DNA of 64,000 nucleotides, taken from Amoebidium appalachense. Its lineage: Eukaryota > Protista > Ichthyosporea. Below are positions 52,121-64,000 of this stretch, in pieces. A program made the position numbers and the translations under genes. Within the stretch, counting starts at the first letter, position 1. Each line of letters begins with the position of its first letter. The stretch spans positions 6,219,921 through 6,283,920 of the forward strand of contig CAVNZM010000011.1 of NCBI GenBank assembly GCA_963693365.1, given 5' to 3'. A model generated the notes under the pieces. That model did no database searches. It saw nothing but the letters and a program-made list of their open reading frames with translations, and was not told where the DNA came from.

Positions 52121-52945
52121 ACATAGGCGTCAAAGTGTGTGTGTGCTGTGTGCGTGCGTGTGTGCCACGCCCATGATAACATGTGTGTGTGTGTGTGCGT
52201 GCGTACAAGCACGCGCGCGAAGGCGCGTGTGTAGATCCCGTCTGTCAATTAGAACCCCCACCAATAAGAACATGCACCGGGACCAGGTTTTGAAGGGTTC
52301 TTATTGGCAGACTGACCGAGATTTTTTCTAAATCATGTTTCCCCCCCTCCCCCCCTCCCTCGTCCCTCCCCCTCCCCATCCCCCCCCCCCCCCCCCCCCC
52401 CCCCCCCAAAAGTAACACACACACGCCGTGATCACCGCCTCTTAGCTGGCTATACCCCTTCCGCCAGCCCTCTTCCCAACCCTCCCCCCCCCCCCCCCCC
52501 CCCCCCCCCACCACCACCACCACCACCACCCTCGCAGAAGTCCCCCCCCCCCCCCCCCCCCCCCCCCCTCCCATCCGGTCCCCCCCGCGCCCTTCCCCCC
52601 TCCACACTCCAGCCTACACCCCCCCCCCCCCCCCCCTCAACCCCCCCTTTCCCTCCCCAACCGGTGCTATGTAATATTAGATTCCATGATCACATCGGCT
52701 GCTCCTAGTAAAAACCTCAGTAAGAACTTGCACCACGGCAAGATTTTTGCGGGGTTCTTATTGCAATTGGGGCACGGCATCTGTAGTTCATCATGTGAGA
52801 GCACTCGAGAATTATTAGAACCGCTGCACGTATATGGGAAATTCTGCATCTCATAAAAAAATTGCATTTGCGCGTATTTGGTCGAAAACGGCACGAATTT
52901 GGTGGTGGTGGTGATGGTAGTTTTGCGATTATTGGTGGTGGTGGT

Positions 52946-52987
<42 letters not shown>

Positions 52988-53159
52988 TATCGATCATAAG
53001 TCCTTCAGATGCCATGACATGTAACACTACAGGGGGCAACTTAAACTAAAGACAGCAGCCTTAGAAAAGGAAAAAAAGGCCCATTTCATGGCAATTTACT
53101 AATGAAACGGGAAAATAAAATCTACCAGTGAGACCTGGTGAGTCTTCAATAACCCCCCG

Positions 53160-53205
<46 letters not shown>

Positions 53206-53266
53206 AAGAAAAGAAAAACCACCACCACCACCAACACCACACCCACGCACATCGTGGCACACACAG

Positions 53267-53307
<41 letters not shown>

Positions 53308-53344
53308 CGCACACACGCACACACGCACACACACACACACACGC

Positions 53345-53377
<33 letters not shown>

Positions 53378-53382
53378 TGCAC

Positions 53383-53430
<48 letters not shown>

Positions 53431-54454
53431 CGACCGGAAAAATCCCATGGCAAGAGTTTAAAAATCACGAGGCTATGCAAATGATCATACAAAGGCTGAA
53501 ACCCGCATCCAAAAGTGCCCATTATTCTATTAGATTTCAGTCCCCCCCTATTATAGTGGCCAAACAGAAACCGTACTAAGTTCAAGAACGTCTAGTTTAG
53601 AGCCTCCGATCCACACCCTGCACATCTATGCCCAATTCATCCAATTTCTGCACGTATTATTTGTCGGCCGGAGTGTGGTACTTGCAAGAACAACAATGCT
53701 AGCTGACATCTCGCTTCCTCGATTCCATATGTAGCATTGTGTTTTATTGTGCGTTCATCGGTAACCACATAAATAGTGCAGAAGCTTACGCTCTCTTCTG
53801 TTTGAAAGAATTACTGAGTAAAGAACCTCTCCATCATAACTTCCGCCAGCACGCCACGCTTCCCCAATTATTATTGTTGTGTTTTATATTAATATATTGG
53901 GCTTTCATCGGTAGCCACATGCAGTAATCTTTGAAGCTAAAATTTTGCTCACTTCGGTTCGAATGTTAACCAACCTCTATCAGAATTATAACTTACACAA
54001 GCAAGCATTAGGCGCACGCGTACTTTTCATCCGCGCTGAGTTGCTAAGCAATCGAAGACAGAAAAAGTTTCCCGAATTCTGGAGATCAACCCTGCAGGGT
54101 TGCTATGGTTTTTAGTTTAAAAAATATTAAGCTATCCCGTTTTGTTCCCGGAGGGACCCCCCAGGGGCCCTCAATACTCTCATTGGGAATATTAGCTTCC
54201 ACACAGGCTGAGCACCGACTGTACCCTGGTAAGGGTGTTTATGGTGCAGAAAGCTAAGCTACCACACCACTGGTTACCAATCCTAACTACTAGTACACAC
54301 TTAGCCAAGGGTTTACACCCCAGCCTCGCCGGTGGTGGTGGTGGTGGTGGTGGTGGGGGGGGGGGGGGGGGGATCGCCCCTCTCTCTCTCCTCCCCCCCC
54401 CCCCCCTCTGTCTCTGGTTGGGAGTCCTACTTTTGGGACCCATTAGCTACGTAT

Positions 54455-54517
<63 letters not shown>

Positions 54518-54519
54518 CG

Positions 54520-54620
<101 letters not shown>

Positions 54621-54621
54621 G

Positions 54622-54674
<53 letters not shown>

Positions 54675-54676
54675 TT

Positions 54677-54740
<64 letters not shown>

Positions 54741-54929
54741 TCACACACACACACACACTCTCTCTCTATCTTTCTCTCTCTCTCTCTCTTTCTCTCCAAG
54801 GCCCTCTCTATATCTTTCTCTCTCCTCCCTCTCCGGCCATGCTCCCCACCCCCCTCTCAGATCTCCCTCTCTCCCTCTCTCTCTCTCTCTCTCTCCCCCT
54901 CTCCCTCCCCGCCCCCCCCGCCCCTCTCC

Positions 54930-55204
<275 letters not shown>

Positions 55205-56053
55205 GGAACACAAAGCCTTTGATTTTGCTGCCACTGTCTCATACAGTCACCACTTTTACTGTTATTTTACTGAACACTTGTGCCCCTACTCCTACATTAG
55301 CTGTGCAGGCTGACTCAACCGAGTCCAATCGTCGGCGACTCGTCATCAAGATGCGATCCAATCAGCAGCAACGGTGCATTCCTCTTGCAAATCGGATGCC
55401 AACGCATCGATTCGCCATCAATAGAAAGAGACAGAGACAGTGAACCTCACATTTACGACTTTCGTGGTGCAATATATTGGCAGTAGACGAATAGTTAAAC
55501 CCAATATTGTTATACACAAATAAGGATCAATGGCCCATATGGTTATTCGCCTCTCAGTGTAGCGTCGGTCGCCATCGCCATCAAGTGACACGCATACCAA
55601 GGATTTCAAAAGGCAAAAGCCCACCGAAACAATTCCAAAATTGAAAGCTTCATTCAATTTTCATATTATATATTTAAGCAAATATAAATTGTGTTAAGGC
55701 ATTTATTCATAGCTTAAATGTAAATACACATGTTTTTTATGAATATACACATACTTTTGTTGCGCACTTAATGCACTAATGGATGCTAACTGAGACCTCA
55801 CTCTAATTACAATAGCTAGGTGGTGTAAATTTACATTTAGAGCCCCTTGGTCTAGGCATCTTTCCGGCTAGAATTACCCAATCAAAAGCATTTTTTGGGA
55901 TCGCGAAATTTTATAAAACCAGCAAACGGACTGGCACATCATCAGAAATCAAAAAACCAACGACCGTCTCCAAGCCTTCATTTACTGACTTCTAGCTTTT
56001 TTTTTATTTTTTTTAAAAAAAAACCATTCAATAACCCACCACTACCGTATAAA

Positions 56054-57568
56054 ATGGCACCAAACGTTCAGGTTGTCGCCGCCGTAGCGACTGCCCTTCT
56101 AGCCCTCACCTCCGAGACGGTAAACGCACGCCCTCTGAGACATCATCACCAATCCACCCACACTTCCCCCCACTCCGAACTCGCCCAACCGAGACAACAC
56201 CATGCACAAGGGAAAAACGCCCCCTCCGCCGCAGATGGTGGCACGCAGCACGCACGAATCTTCGGTGGTACGGTGTCGAAAGAGCCCGCTTCTTGGATTA
56301 TATCTATTCAAGAATTTCGCGACGGGCAAGGATTTCATTTCTGCGGGGGGTCACTCATATCACCTACATGGGTTCTGACAGCCGCACACTGCGAGGTGGA
56401 GACGAAGAATATCGTGCTCATAGGAGGGAAGAACCTGGACAACTCCGGGGAGTTTACTAAGCGAGGCATCAGGAGGGTTATCTCGCATGAAAGGTATAAC
56501 AACAAAAACCTGGATAATGACATTATGCTTCTAGAGTTGGACGCGCCTGTCGAGAGCTCTTCGTTTATGCGCCTGCACGAAGGGGCCCCCCCACCTCCAG
56601 AGGATGCCGCAAAACCCACCGAAGAAACGGTCTACCAACTGAACGGGTGGGGGTTGGTCGAAGAGGGACCAAACACGGAGACTGTGAACCTTCAAGAGGT
56701 GGAACTTTTTGGTCTTACTCCCGAGGTTTGCCAGCAGTTGACAGGGGGGGAAATGGACCCGACACGTCAGATTTGCGCCGGAGGTATTGAGAAGGACGCG
56801 TGCATGGGGGATAGCGGCGGTGCTCTCTTTAACGATGGAACAAAAACAGCCGCGGGCCCGTGCCAGATTGGAATTGTGAGTTATGGGCCTAGCTGCAAAA
56901 AGACGAAAACGGAGGGTAGGCCTAGGCTTCGCGGGAGTGCGTACACGCTTGTGCCTGCTTACCTCGATTGGATCAAGAAGAACATTAACGTGCACGAAGA
57001 GAACGGAGCAAACGCTCTCCAGACGTGCAGGGTGTCCTCCAAAAACAATGAATATTTGAACGGTGCATCGTCGAGCGGAATTTTTAAGGCTCCCGTCACC
57101 AGTAACACGGTTGAAGCACCTGCAAACCACACCAACAACAATGTAACAGGTGTGCATGGCGGTGAAAATGGTCCTGAGAGCAACAAGATTGAAAGCACAC
57201 AGGGAGTTCATTCGTCGAAACCAGCTGACTCTCCCGCGGGGAACGTAGGCGAGGAAAATGTAAGGGAGGAGGGGGAGGGGGAGGAGGGGGAGGGGGAGGA
57301 GGAAGGGGAGGGGCAGGGGGAGGGTGAAAATGATTATGATGATAGCTATGGAGAGGATAGGGAGGATGGGGAAGACTTGGAAAATGACTATGATTCTGAT
57401 AATGATACTTATTATGGGGAGGGTGAGGGTGAAAGTGATTATGACGCATATGATAGATATGGGGACCGGGATGCACATGGGGGTGAAAATGATTATGATA
57501 CTTATGGTGATAGGTATGGGGACGATCGGGCGGGTGAGAGTGAAAATGATTATTATGGTAGTAGCTAG
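56054..57568 (+). CDS. Secreted trypsin-like S1 serine protease with an acidic Asp/Tyr-rich C-terminal tail (504 aa, intronless)
   Basis: Signal peptide MAPNVQVVAAVATALLALT, activation site R|IFGG, catalytic triad motifs TAAHC / DIMLL / GDSGG, and Asp in the S1 pocket (KDACMGDS). A TATAAA box lies near 55913. Confidence 0.93.
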   Translation: MAPNVQVVAAVATALLALTSETVNARPLRHHHQSTHTSPHSELAQPRQHHAQGKNAPSAADGGTQHARIFGGTVSKEPASWIISIQEFRDGQGFHFCGGSLISPTWVLTAAHCEVETKNIVLIGGKNLDNSGEFTKRGIRRVISHERYNNKNLDNDIMLLELDAPVESSSFMRLHEGAPPPPEDAAKPTEETVYQLNGWGLVEEGPNTETVNLQEVELFGLTPEVCQQLTGGEMDPTRQICAGGIEKDACMGDSGGALFNDGTKTAAGPCQIGIVSYGPSCKKTKTEGRPRLRGSAYTLVPAYLDWIKKNINVHEENGANALQTCRVSSKNNEYLNGASSSGIFKAPVTSNTVEAPANHTNNNVTGVHGGENGPESNKIESTQGVHSSKPADSPAGNVGEENVREEGEGEEGEGEEEGEGQGEGENDYDDSYGEDREDGEDLENDYDSDNDTYYGEGEGESDYDAYDRYGDRDAHGGENDYDTYGDRYGDDRAGESENDYYGSS

Positions 57569-58132
57569 GGCGAGGATGGGGAGAGCGAGCAATAGGTTGA
57601 AATAATAATGAATACATGTGCCACACCTGATGCAAAAAAAACAGTGCACAGCTAATAGCAGACCTGTGTACTTTAATTATAAGATAGCTCTAATGCACAC
57701 AGCAGTTAATATTAGAACTTCAGTTCTGTATCATAACTCGTCGTGTTAGGTGTATGTTATAACACAATTCAATGCCTCTCGGCTCTTCGTGGTATACACT
57801 AGTTGCGGCTTTATTACTATTGTTTTCAGTGACTCCAAGTCGCATGTTTTGTACCATTAATTATTAAAGGATGTATATCATTCGTGCTAAAATCTAGCTG
57901 TAACTGGAAAGTAGCCCATGCACGCCTCGTGTAAATTAAGCTCCTAGTCGCCCCAAACCACGCGCAGTGATCCCATTCGCTGGAAATCGATATTGAACTT
58001 AAAGAAGATATATGATTGGGGGCGCCTGCTTACTCTCCAGGGGGACCTGGAACACATCCCGTATTAAACACCGTTTAACAGCTCCACTGAACCCCACCCA
58101 CCGAATTTTTTATCCACTGCTAACCCCCTCCC

Positions 58133-58222
<90 letters not shown>

Positions 58223-58724
58223 GAAAGAAAAAGGAACCTCCCGGGCCCAAGACTATCTTATTAATATATTAACACATTACAATTTCCAGAATCGTATATG
58301 GTCCTACTCGGCCACTCTAGATCTGTTTCTCTCTTGCTCCCCCATCCCCCACCCCTCGCCCTCCATGCCTCCCCCCCCCCACCCCACTCTCTCTCACCCG
58401 GCTCCCGCCCTCCTCCATCCCTCCCTCCCTCCCTCCCTTCCCCCCCCCTCCTCTCTATCTCCCTCTCTACCTCCCTCCCTTCCCCTCCCCCCCCTCCCAT
58501 CTCTCTCTCTATCTCCCTCTCTACCTCCTCCCCTCCCCCTCCCCCCTCCCCCACCTCCCCCCCCTTCTCTCCCGCTCTTCCCCCTCTCCTCCCACCCTCC
58601 CTTCTCTCCTCTATCTCTCTCCCCCCGTCCCCTTCCTAACCCCCCCCCCCCTCCCCCCCTTCCCCTTCCCTCCCTCCCCCCTCCCCTCACTCTTTTCATC
58701 TCCCCCTTCCCCCTTCCCCTCCCC

Positions 58725-58760
<36 letters not shown>

Positions 58761-58820
58761 AAGACCTGCCTTAGATTTTCTCTTTTAAGGCTTAAGCTTC
58801 CTCCCCCCCCTCCCCCTCCC

Positions 58821-58857
<37 letters not shown>

Positions 58858-59149
58858 ACTCTGTCTCTCTCTCTTTCTCTCTCTTACCCCCCCCCCCCCC
58901 CCCCCAGCCTCCTACACCCTCCCCCCCCCCTCTTCTTCTTCTCTTGGCTTCCCCCTCCCGTCCTCCCCCCCCCCCCCCCCTTCCCCCCGGCCCATCCCCT
59001 CTTTCCCCTTCCCCCCCCCCCCCCCCCCCCCCCCCCTATCCCCCCTGGGGTTTCGCCCTCCCCACCCTCTTGTTCTCATCCTCTCCCCCTGCAAATCTAC
59101 CAAGCACCTCTACCTTTCTCTTTTTCTCACTGTCTCTCGAGCCGCCTTC

Positions 59150-59194
<45 letters not shown>

Positions 59195-59377
59195 CCCCCA
59201 CCACCACCACCACCACACACACACACCTTTCCCTTTTTTGAATTCTTACGTCTTCGAAAAGATCTCTCCCCTTCATTCCCAACACCCTTCCCGCATCTTT
59301 CCCTCCTTCCCTGCCCCCTTCAACCCCCTGCTTCCTATCAAACACTAATTAACATATCTCCACACATATCAAACTTA

Positions 59378-59390
59378 GGCTCTGATACCA
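59378..59390 (-). other. tRNA-iMet primer-binding-site-like motif TGGTATCAGAGCC
   Basis: Exact 13-nt match on the minus strand to the common LTR-retrotransposon/caulimovirus PBS. No adjacent LTR or ORF is visible. Confidence 0.4.
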
Positions 59391-60040
59391 ATAAATCGTC
59401 CAGCTAAAAAAAGGAGTGGGGGGGTGGGGGGGTGGGTGGGAGGGGGAGGAGGAGGAGGGGCAAAAAAAAAAAAAAAAAAAAAAAAGGTTTTCAATACCAA
59501 CCGGCCGGTCCGGAGAGCAAATTGCTATATGTATACTACAGAAATTAGTCTTTATGTAGTCATATCGGAACTATCCCCCCTCCCCCCCCCCCCCCCCCCC
59601 TTCCCCCTCTCCCTCCCCCCCCCCCCCCCCCCCCCTCCCCCCGCCGCCGCCACATGTTTGGCATCTTGTCATAGAAGGTGTGGGAAATGCCCATTTAGTC
59701 ACTAGTCAACCTGGGTCACATATGGCCTTAGTGGAAATTTCATAAAAATCTCATGTTTAAAAAACAGGCATTAGGCTACACCGTAGCCCAAGCAGCATCA
59801 CACTAATATGCTATATTTCCTCTCTCACATCGTACGAGTGGAGTCAAACATCAGAAAACACAACAATACCATCAAAATACCGTCGGTTTGGGCGAATAAA
59901 CATGATTTTCCAACATGTGACGCGAAAGTGTCATCTATCACCGAGATCACATCTGCATTCCTGTGTTGTCTGTGTTGTCAAGTGGGAAAACATTCAGAAT
60001 AAAATATATGACTCAATAAGTTCAGGTTTGCCTGTAATAT

Positions 60041-60075
<35 letters not shown>

Positions 60076-61266
60076 ACATACAAACAAACAAAAAAAAAAA
60101 AAAAAAAAAAACCTCGCTCTACTCATGGCTAAAACTCAACCGAATCACACCCAACACCCTGATACTTTCATGTATGTAGACTCTTACTACCCCTCCCCTC
60201 CCCCCGCGCCTTCAGTCCACAAACGCAACAAAAAAAAAATGACAAAAAACATTTAAAAATACGGCAGATCCTGCAATGAATCTGGATAAGATAAAAAATA
60301 GGCGTAAGCGCTATTCTTGGCTGGGTGCCTCTTCGGCTCCATTTTGCTGTGGCGGTGGGTTTGGAGGTTTCGAGGGTGCACCGAGAGCCTGAAAGGGGAA
60401 AAAAATGAACGGTGTGAGTTAAACCAATCTCCGCATCTACCATTTTTTTCGTCTGGGCAGCAAGCAGCCGAGAGCCACATTTCTCAGATGACTCAGACCA
60501 ATCAGTAGATATTAATAAATTGTGTCAAATACCGAGGCTGGCCTATGTCGCCATCGCACAAAGCCTGCCCTCACCCCAGCTGTTTTCGCGCCAATTTCTG
60601 GGCACCTAAAGAGCTGGGTTAAAATTTAAAAGAGGTCCAGAATGACGTCATCAAAGCGGCTCGCCGCCCAGATGCCAAAATGGAAGACACGGACCTTCCT
60701 TGGGCTATTGGAATATCCAACTGGAATACGTTGGGCATATAGGAAAATTGTACCAGTAACCACCATACACATGCAACCACATACACACGTACATATGGTT
60801 TCGGAGATCATGAACACATATACGGACTCACACAGGCGCACACGCGCGCACGAACACACGGGCACCCACTCATACGCTTTACACACACACACACACACAC
60901 ACAACGCGCGCGCACTGCACACACCAAGAACACTAAACTTGGAAAAAAAAGTGTGTCTAAAGGGGGGAGGAGGGTGAGGGTGGAGGTGGAGTAAAGGTGA
61001 CCACAGTACCCGTGCTTCGACCCCTTCACCTCGTAAAAGAAACACTACCCACATGGTTCTTTACTTTAAAAAGGAGTTGTGTAGGCCAAATTTACGGGCC
61101 CGTTTGGGTCACACATTTGCGCATTACGCAATTCACATCCCACATGAGCATTCTGGCCTGAACCGATTCGGAAACCAAATAGAAGCCCCTTTCAAACATG
61201 AGTGGGGCATGCGCGTTGATCAGAGACCGAAAAGGTTTTTTTTTGGGGGGGGGGGGGGGGGGGGGG

Positions 61267-61353
61267 ATTGGATGCACTATTGGGCACGAAGTACACATTC
61301 ACAGCGGCCAACACAATGCAGAGTGCCAACCACACAGAGTATCCATAATAAGC
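61267..61353 (-). repeat. Diverged truncated copy of the poly(C)-associated repeat
   Basis: The reverse strand reads GCTTATTATGGATACTCT...GTGAATGTGTACTTCGTG...GCATCCAAT, then a C-run. Confidence 0.65.
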
Positions 61354-61756
61354 GCTGGGGGAGGGGGGGGGGGGGGGGGGGGGGGGGTATCGTTGGTTAT
61401 TTCGTTGGCTAGTCATAGTTGAAGGGACCAAAGAAATACCTTTCTGTAAAGGGTGATCTCCTCCTGCTTAAAGTATCTCCGATCTGCCTCGTCCACCATC
61501 ACCAAATTTAGGTAGTAGGCCACGCTGAACCGCTTGCATACGTCTTGGAAAGTCGGGCCCAGCTCGTACGCGCCCAAAAATAGCCGGATGGGTATCGTTT
61601 CACCTTAAAGAAGAAATTTTTTTTTATAGGTTAGTGTGGGGTTTGATGGGTACCTTTAAAAGACAGTTATTTGGAGGGTTAGCTTGGTTGGAATTCCAAG
61701 GGTGTCTAATAGGGGAAAGGTGGATGGCCGGGCCGGTGCGGGTGCGTGGATGGGTC

Positions 61757-61829
<73 letters not shown>

Positions 61830-61869
61830 TGTGTTCGTGCGTGTGTGTACATCTGTGTAATAAATCACT

Positions 61870-61912
<43 letters not shown>

Positions 61913-61974
61913 GAGAGAAAAGGAGGCGCATGGATGCATGCACGCACGCACGCACACACGCACGCACACACACA

Positions 61975-62013
<39 letters not shown>

Positions 62014-62348
62014 ACACACAGACACACGTGTGTACATGTGTGAAAGGGCTACACATACCTTTCCCTGGGCTTCCCTCCATGATTTCAAACTTGGCGATCG
62101 TCTCAGTGTGGTTTTGTCTCCTCCCTCCGAGTCTGTGTGCAAAGATAGGGTTAGCACAAAACACACACACACGACAACGACAAGCACTGTCGCACAAAAC
62201 AATACATACAGAAAAAAGAGAAGAAAAAAAAGCTAAAAAAATGAAGAAAGAGAAAATAAACAAAATGAGGGGAAGAAAGAAAGGCAACCACGAAAAAAAC
62301 TAAGGGGCGTGAAAAGACGAAAAGCGGGGGGGAAATCAAAAAAAAAAC

Positions 62349-62421
62349 CGCCCAACGTGGGGCTCGAACCCACGACCGCGAGATTAAGAGTCTCGCGCTC
62401 TACCGACTGAGCTAGCCGGGC
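62349..62421 (-). tRNA. tRNA-Lys (CTT)
   Basis: GCCCGGCTAGCTCAGTCGGTAGAGCGCGAGACT-CTT-AATCTCGCGGTCGTGGGTTCGAGCCCCACGTTGGGCG: 73 nt, full cloverleaf, A and B boxes, no intron, oligo-T Pol III terminator immediately downstream. Confidence 0.97.
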
Positions 62422-62750
62422 TTATGACAGCCAGGGTTTCGCCACTATTGACTATTTGTACCTACATAATGGCTTGGATAAGGATATATGAAGCCGGAGA
62501 CCATGTCTGTTGTTTTATCAAAATGCAATGATCGAGCTAACATAACCATCAAAGGAGAATGTCTAAAGAGGTTGTTTTAAGAGATTTGAATCAGATAAAG
62601 CGAATTTGGAGAGAAGGAGGAGAGGGAGGGGAAAGGGTGGGGGTGGACAGGGCAATCGGAATCCCCTTCCCCCTGAGTTTTTGTGTTTGTGTGTGAGAGG
62701 TGGTGGAGGTGGAGGTGGTGGTGGGTGGGTTTGTGTGTGTGTGTGTGTGT

Positions 62751-62789
<39 letters not shown>

Positions 62790-63228
62790 AAATTGTACCC
62801 GGTAGCCTCTCGTTTCACAATGGCCACCTCCATCATTTTGAGTTTCAAGCGCACGAGGGAGAAATACACCCGGCCAATGACTGCGTCCTGTAGGTGGTAT
62901 CTGCACGCACATAAATAAGTAGGAGTTGGTTAGGCTTGGATTAAATACATGGACGGGATATACCACTGTGCTGGTGTACCAACAGAATACTACTTCTCAT
63001 TATCTACACGGTCTGGATATACTCCTGTGCTGGTGTACCTTTAAAGTACTACTGTGTCAGCAAGTTAGGCTTTACACAAAAGGGTATGTTTTGAAATTCA
63101 TGAAAATGTATCTAAAAATAGATATCTAGGTACTGATCTGACCCTCCCCTCCCCCATCAAAGGAAAAAAAAACAAAAACATCACCACCGACCACCATCCC
63201 CACACGCACACGCGCACACACACGCACG

Positions 63229-63271
<43 letters not shown>

Positions 63272-63503
63272 ACACCCACACCCACACACACGCAAACGCA
63301 CACACACAAGCCTGGATGCACACAGGCACACACGACCACGACAGGAAATCTGCTAGCCGACCTCAAACATTTAAGCCGTCATGATCACCGATACACACGG
63401 TCACCGTTTGGCACATAATCATCATTCTTACAACATTTTATATCAACTTGACACCACCAACACTGACAGCTTTTCCAAATCTTCGTTTTTTTTTTTTTTT
63501 TTA

Positions 63504-63534
<31 letters not shown>

Positions 63535-63755
63535 AAGGCTCATCGAATCATATTATTTCACAGGGGGAAAGTTGAAACCGGAGAGGACATAATACTTAGG
63601 TGCACAAGGGCTCTCTTTCACGTTTGTGCATGTAGCTTACCAACTCGGTTTTCTTCGTTCACATGTTTGCGAAGCAGCGAACCTGTGTGTCTGTGCTTTT
63701 CTTTTAAAAAAAATGTTATGAAATGTGCATATGAGCGTGACCCGGGGAAGGGGGG

Positions 63756-63872
63756 TCTAGATTCTCTAAAAAGTGTTATAGAGAACAAAGTAAACATTCA
63801 CAACGCAGCGCGCAAAAAACACATAAAGAGCATCCCTAGTAAGCAGAGCCCATCCTCAGCATGGCCCAAGTC
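63756..63872 (-). repeat. Diverged truncated copy of the poly(C)-associated repeat
   Basis: The reverse strand reads GACTTGGGCC..GCTGAGGATGGGCTCTGCTTA...GTGAATGTTTACTTTGT..., then a C-run. Confidence 0.7.
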
Positions 63873-63926
63873 CGCGCCCGGGGGGGGGGGGGGGAGGGGG
63901 GGGAGGGGGCAGGAAGAGGTAGGAGT

Positions 63927-63959
<33 letters not shown>

Positions 63960-64000
63960 GAGGGGGGATTCACTCACTTTGATTTTGCATATTCGCATTC

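Noticed and set aside
61447-61610. Kolobok-like MITE (AAGGGTGA ... TCACCTTAA)
   Set aside because: The inverted repeat is too short and the TTAA duplication is present on one side only.

Overview
Eukaryotic nuclear DNA, very rich in poly-G/poly-C runs and (CA)n/(CT)n microsatellites, so most of the supplied ORF track is noise. Gene content suggests a unicellular opisthokont or holozoan-like organism (inference only). Manual splicing reconstructs SSSCA1/ZNRD2 (-), ACBP (+), an F-box/LRR gene (-), a 10-exon REEP1-4-like gene (+) and a weak unknown gene (-). Intronless genes encode a MYND-finger protein (-), a Q50 homeodomain protein (+) and a secreted trypsin-like protease with an acidic Tyr-rich tail (+). 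There is one tRNA-Lys(CTT). 38.2-42.7 kb is a cluster of transposon remnants: a hAT MITE with TSD, a LINE-ORF1-like relic, a copia RNase H fragment and a Sola-like relic. The most notable signal is a repeat family with about 12 copies that are variably 5'-truncated, share a 3' end running into poly(C), and carry a strongly base-paired core with compensatory changes. It is a candidate poly(C)-tailed or poly(C)-targeting retroposon. Several 3' splice sites lack a U-rich tract. Four frameshifts in or near homopolymer runs are probably sequencing errors.
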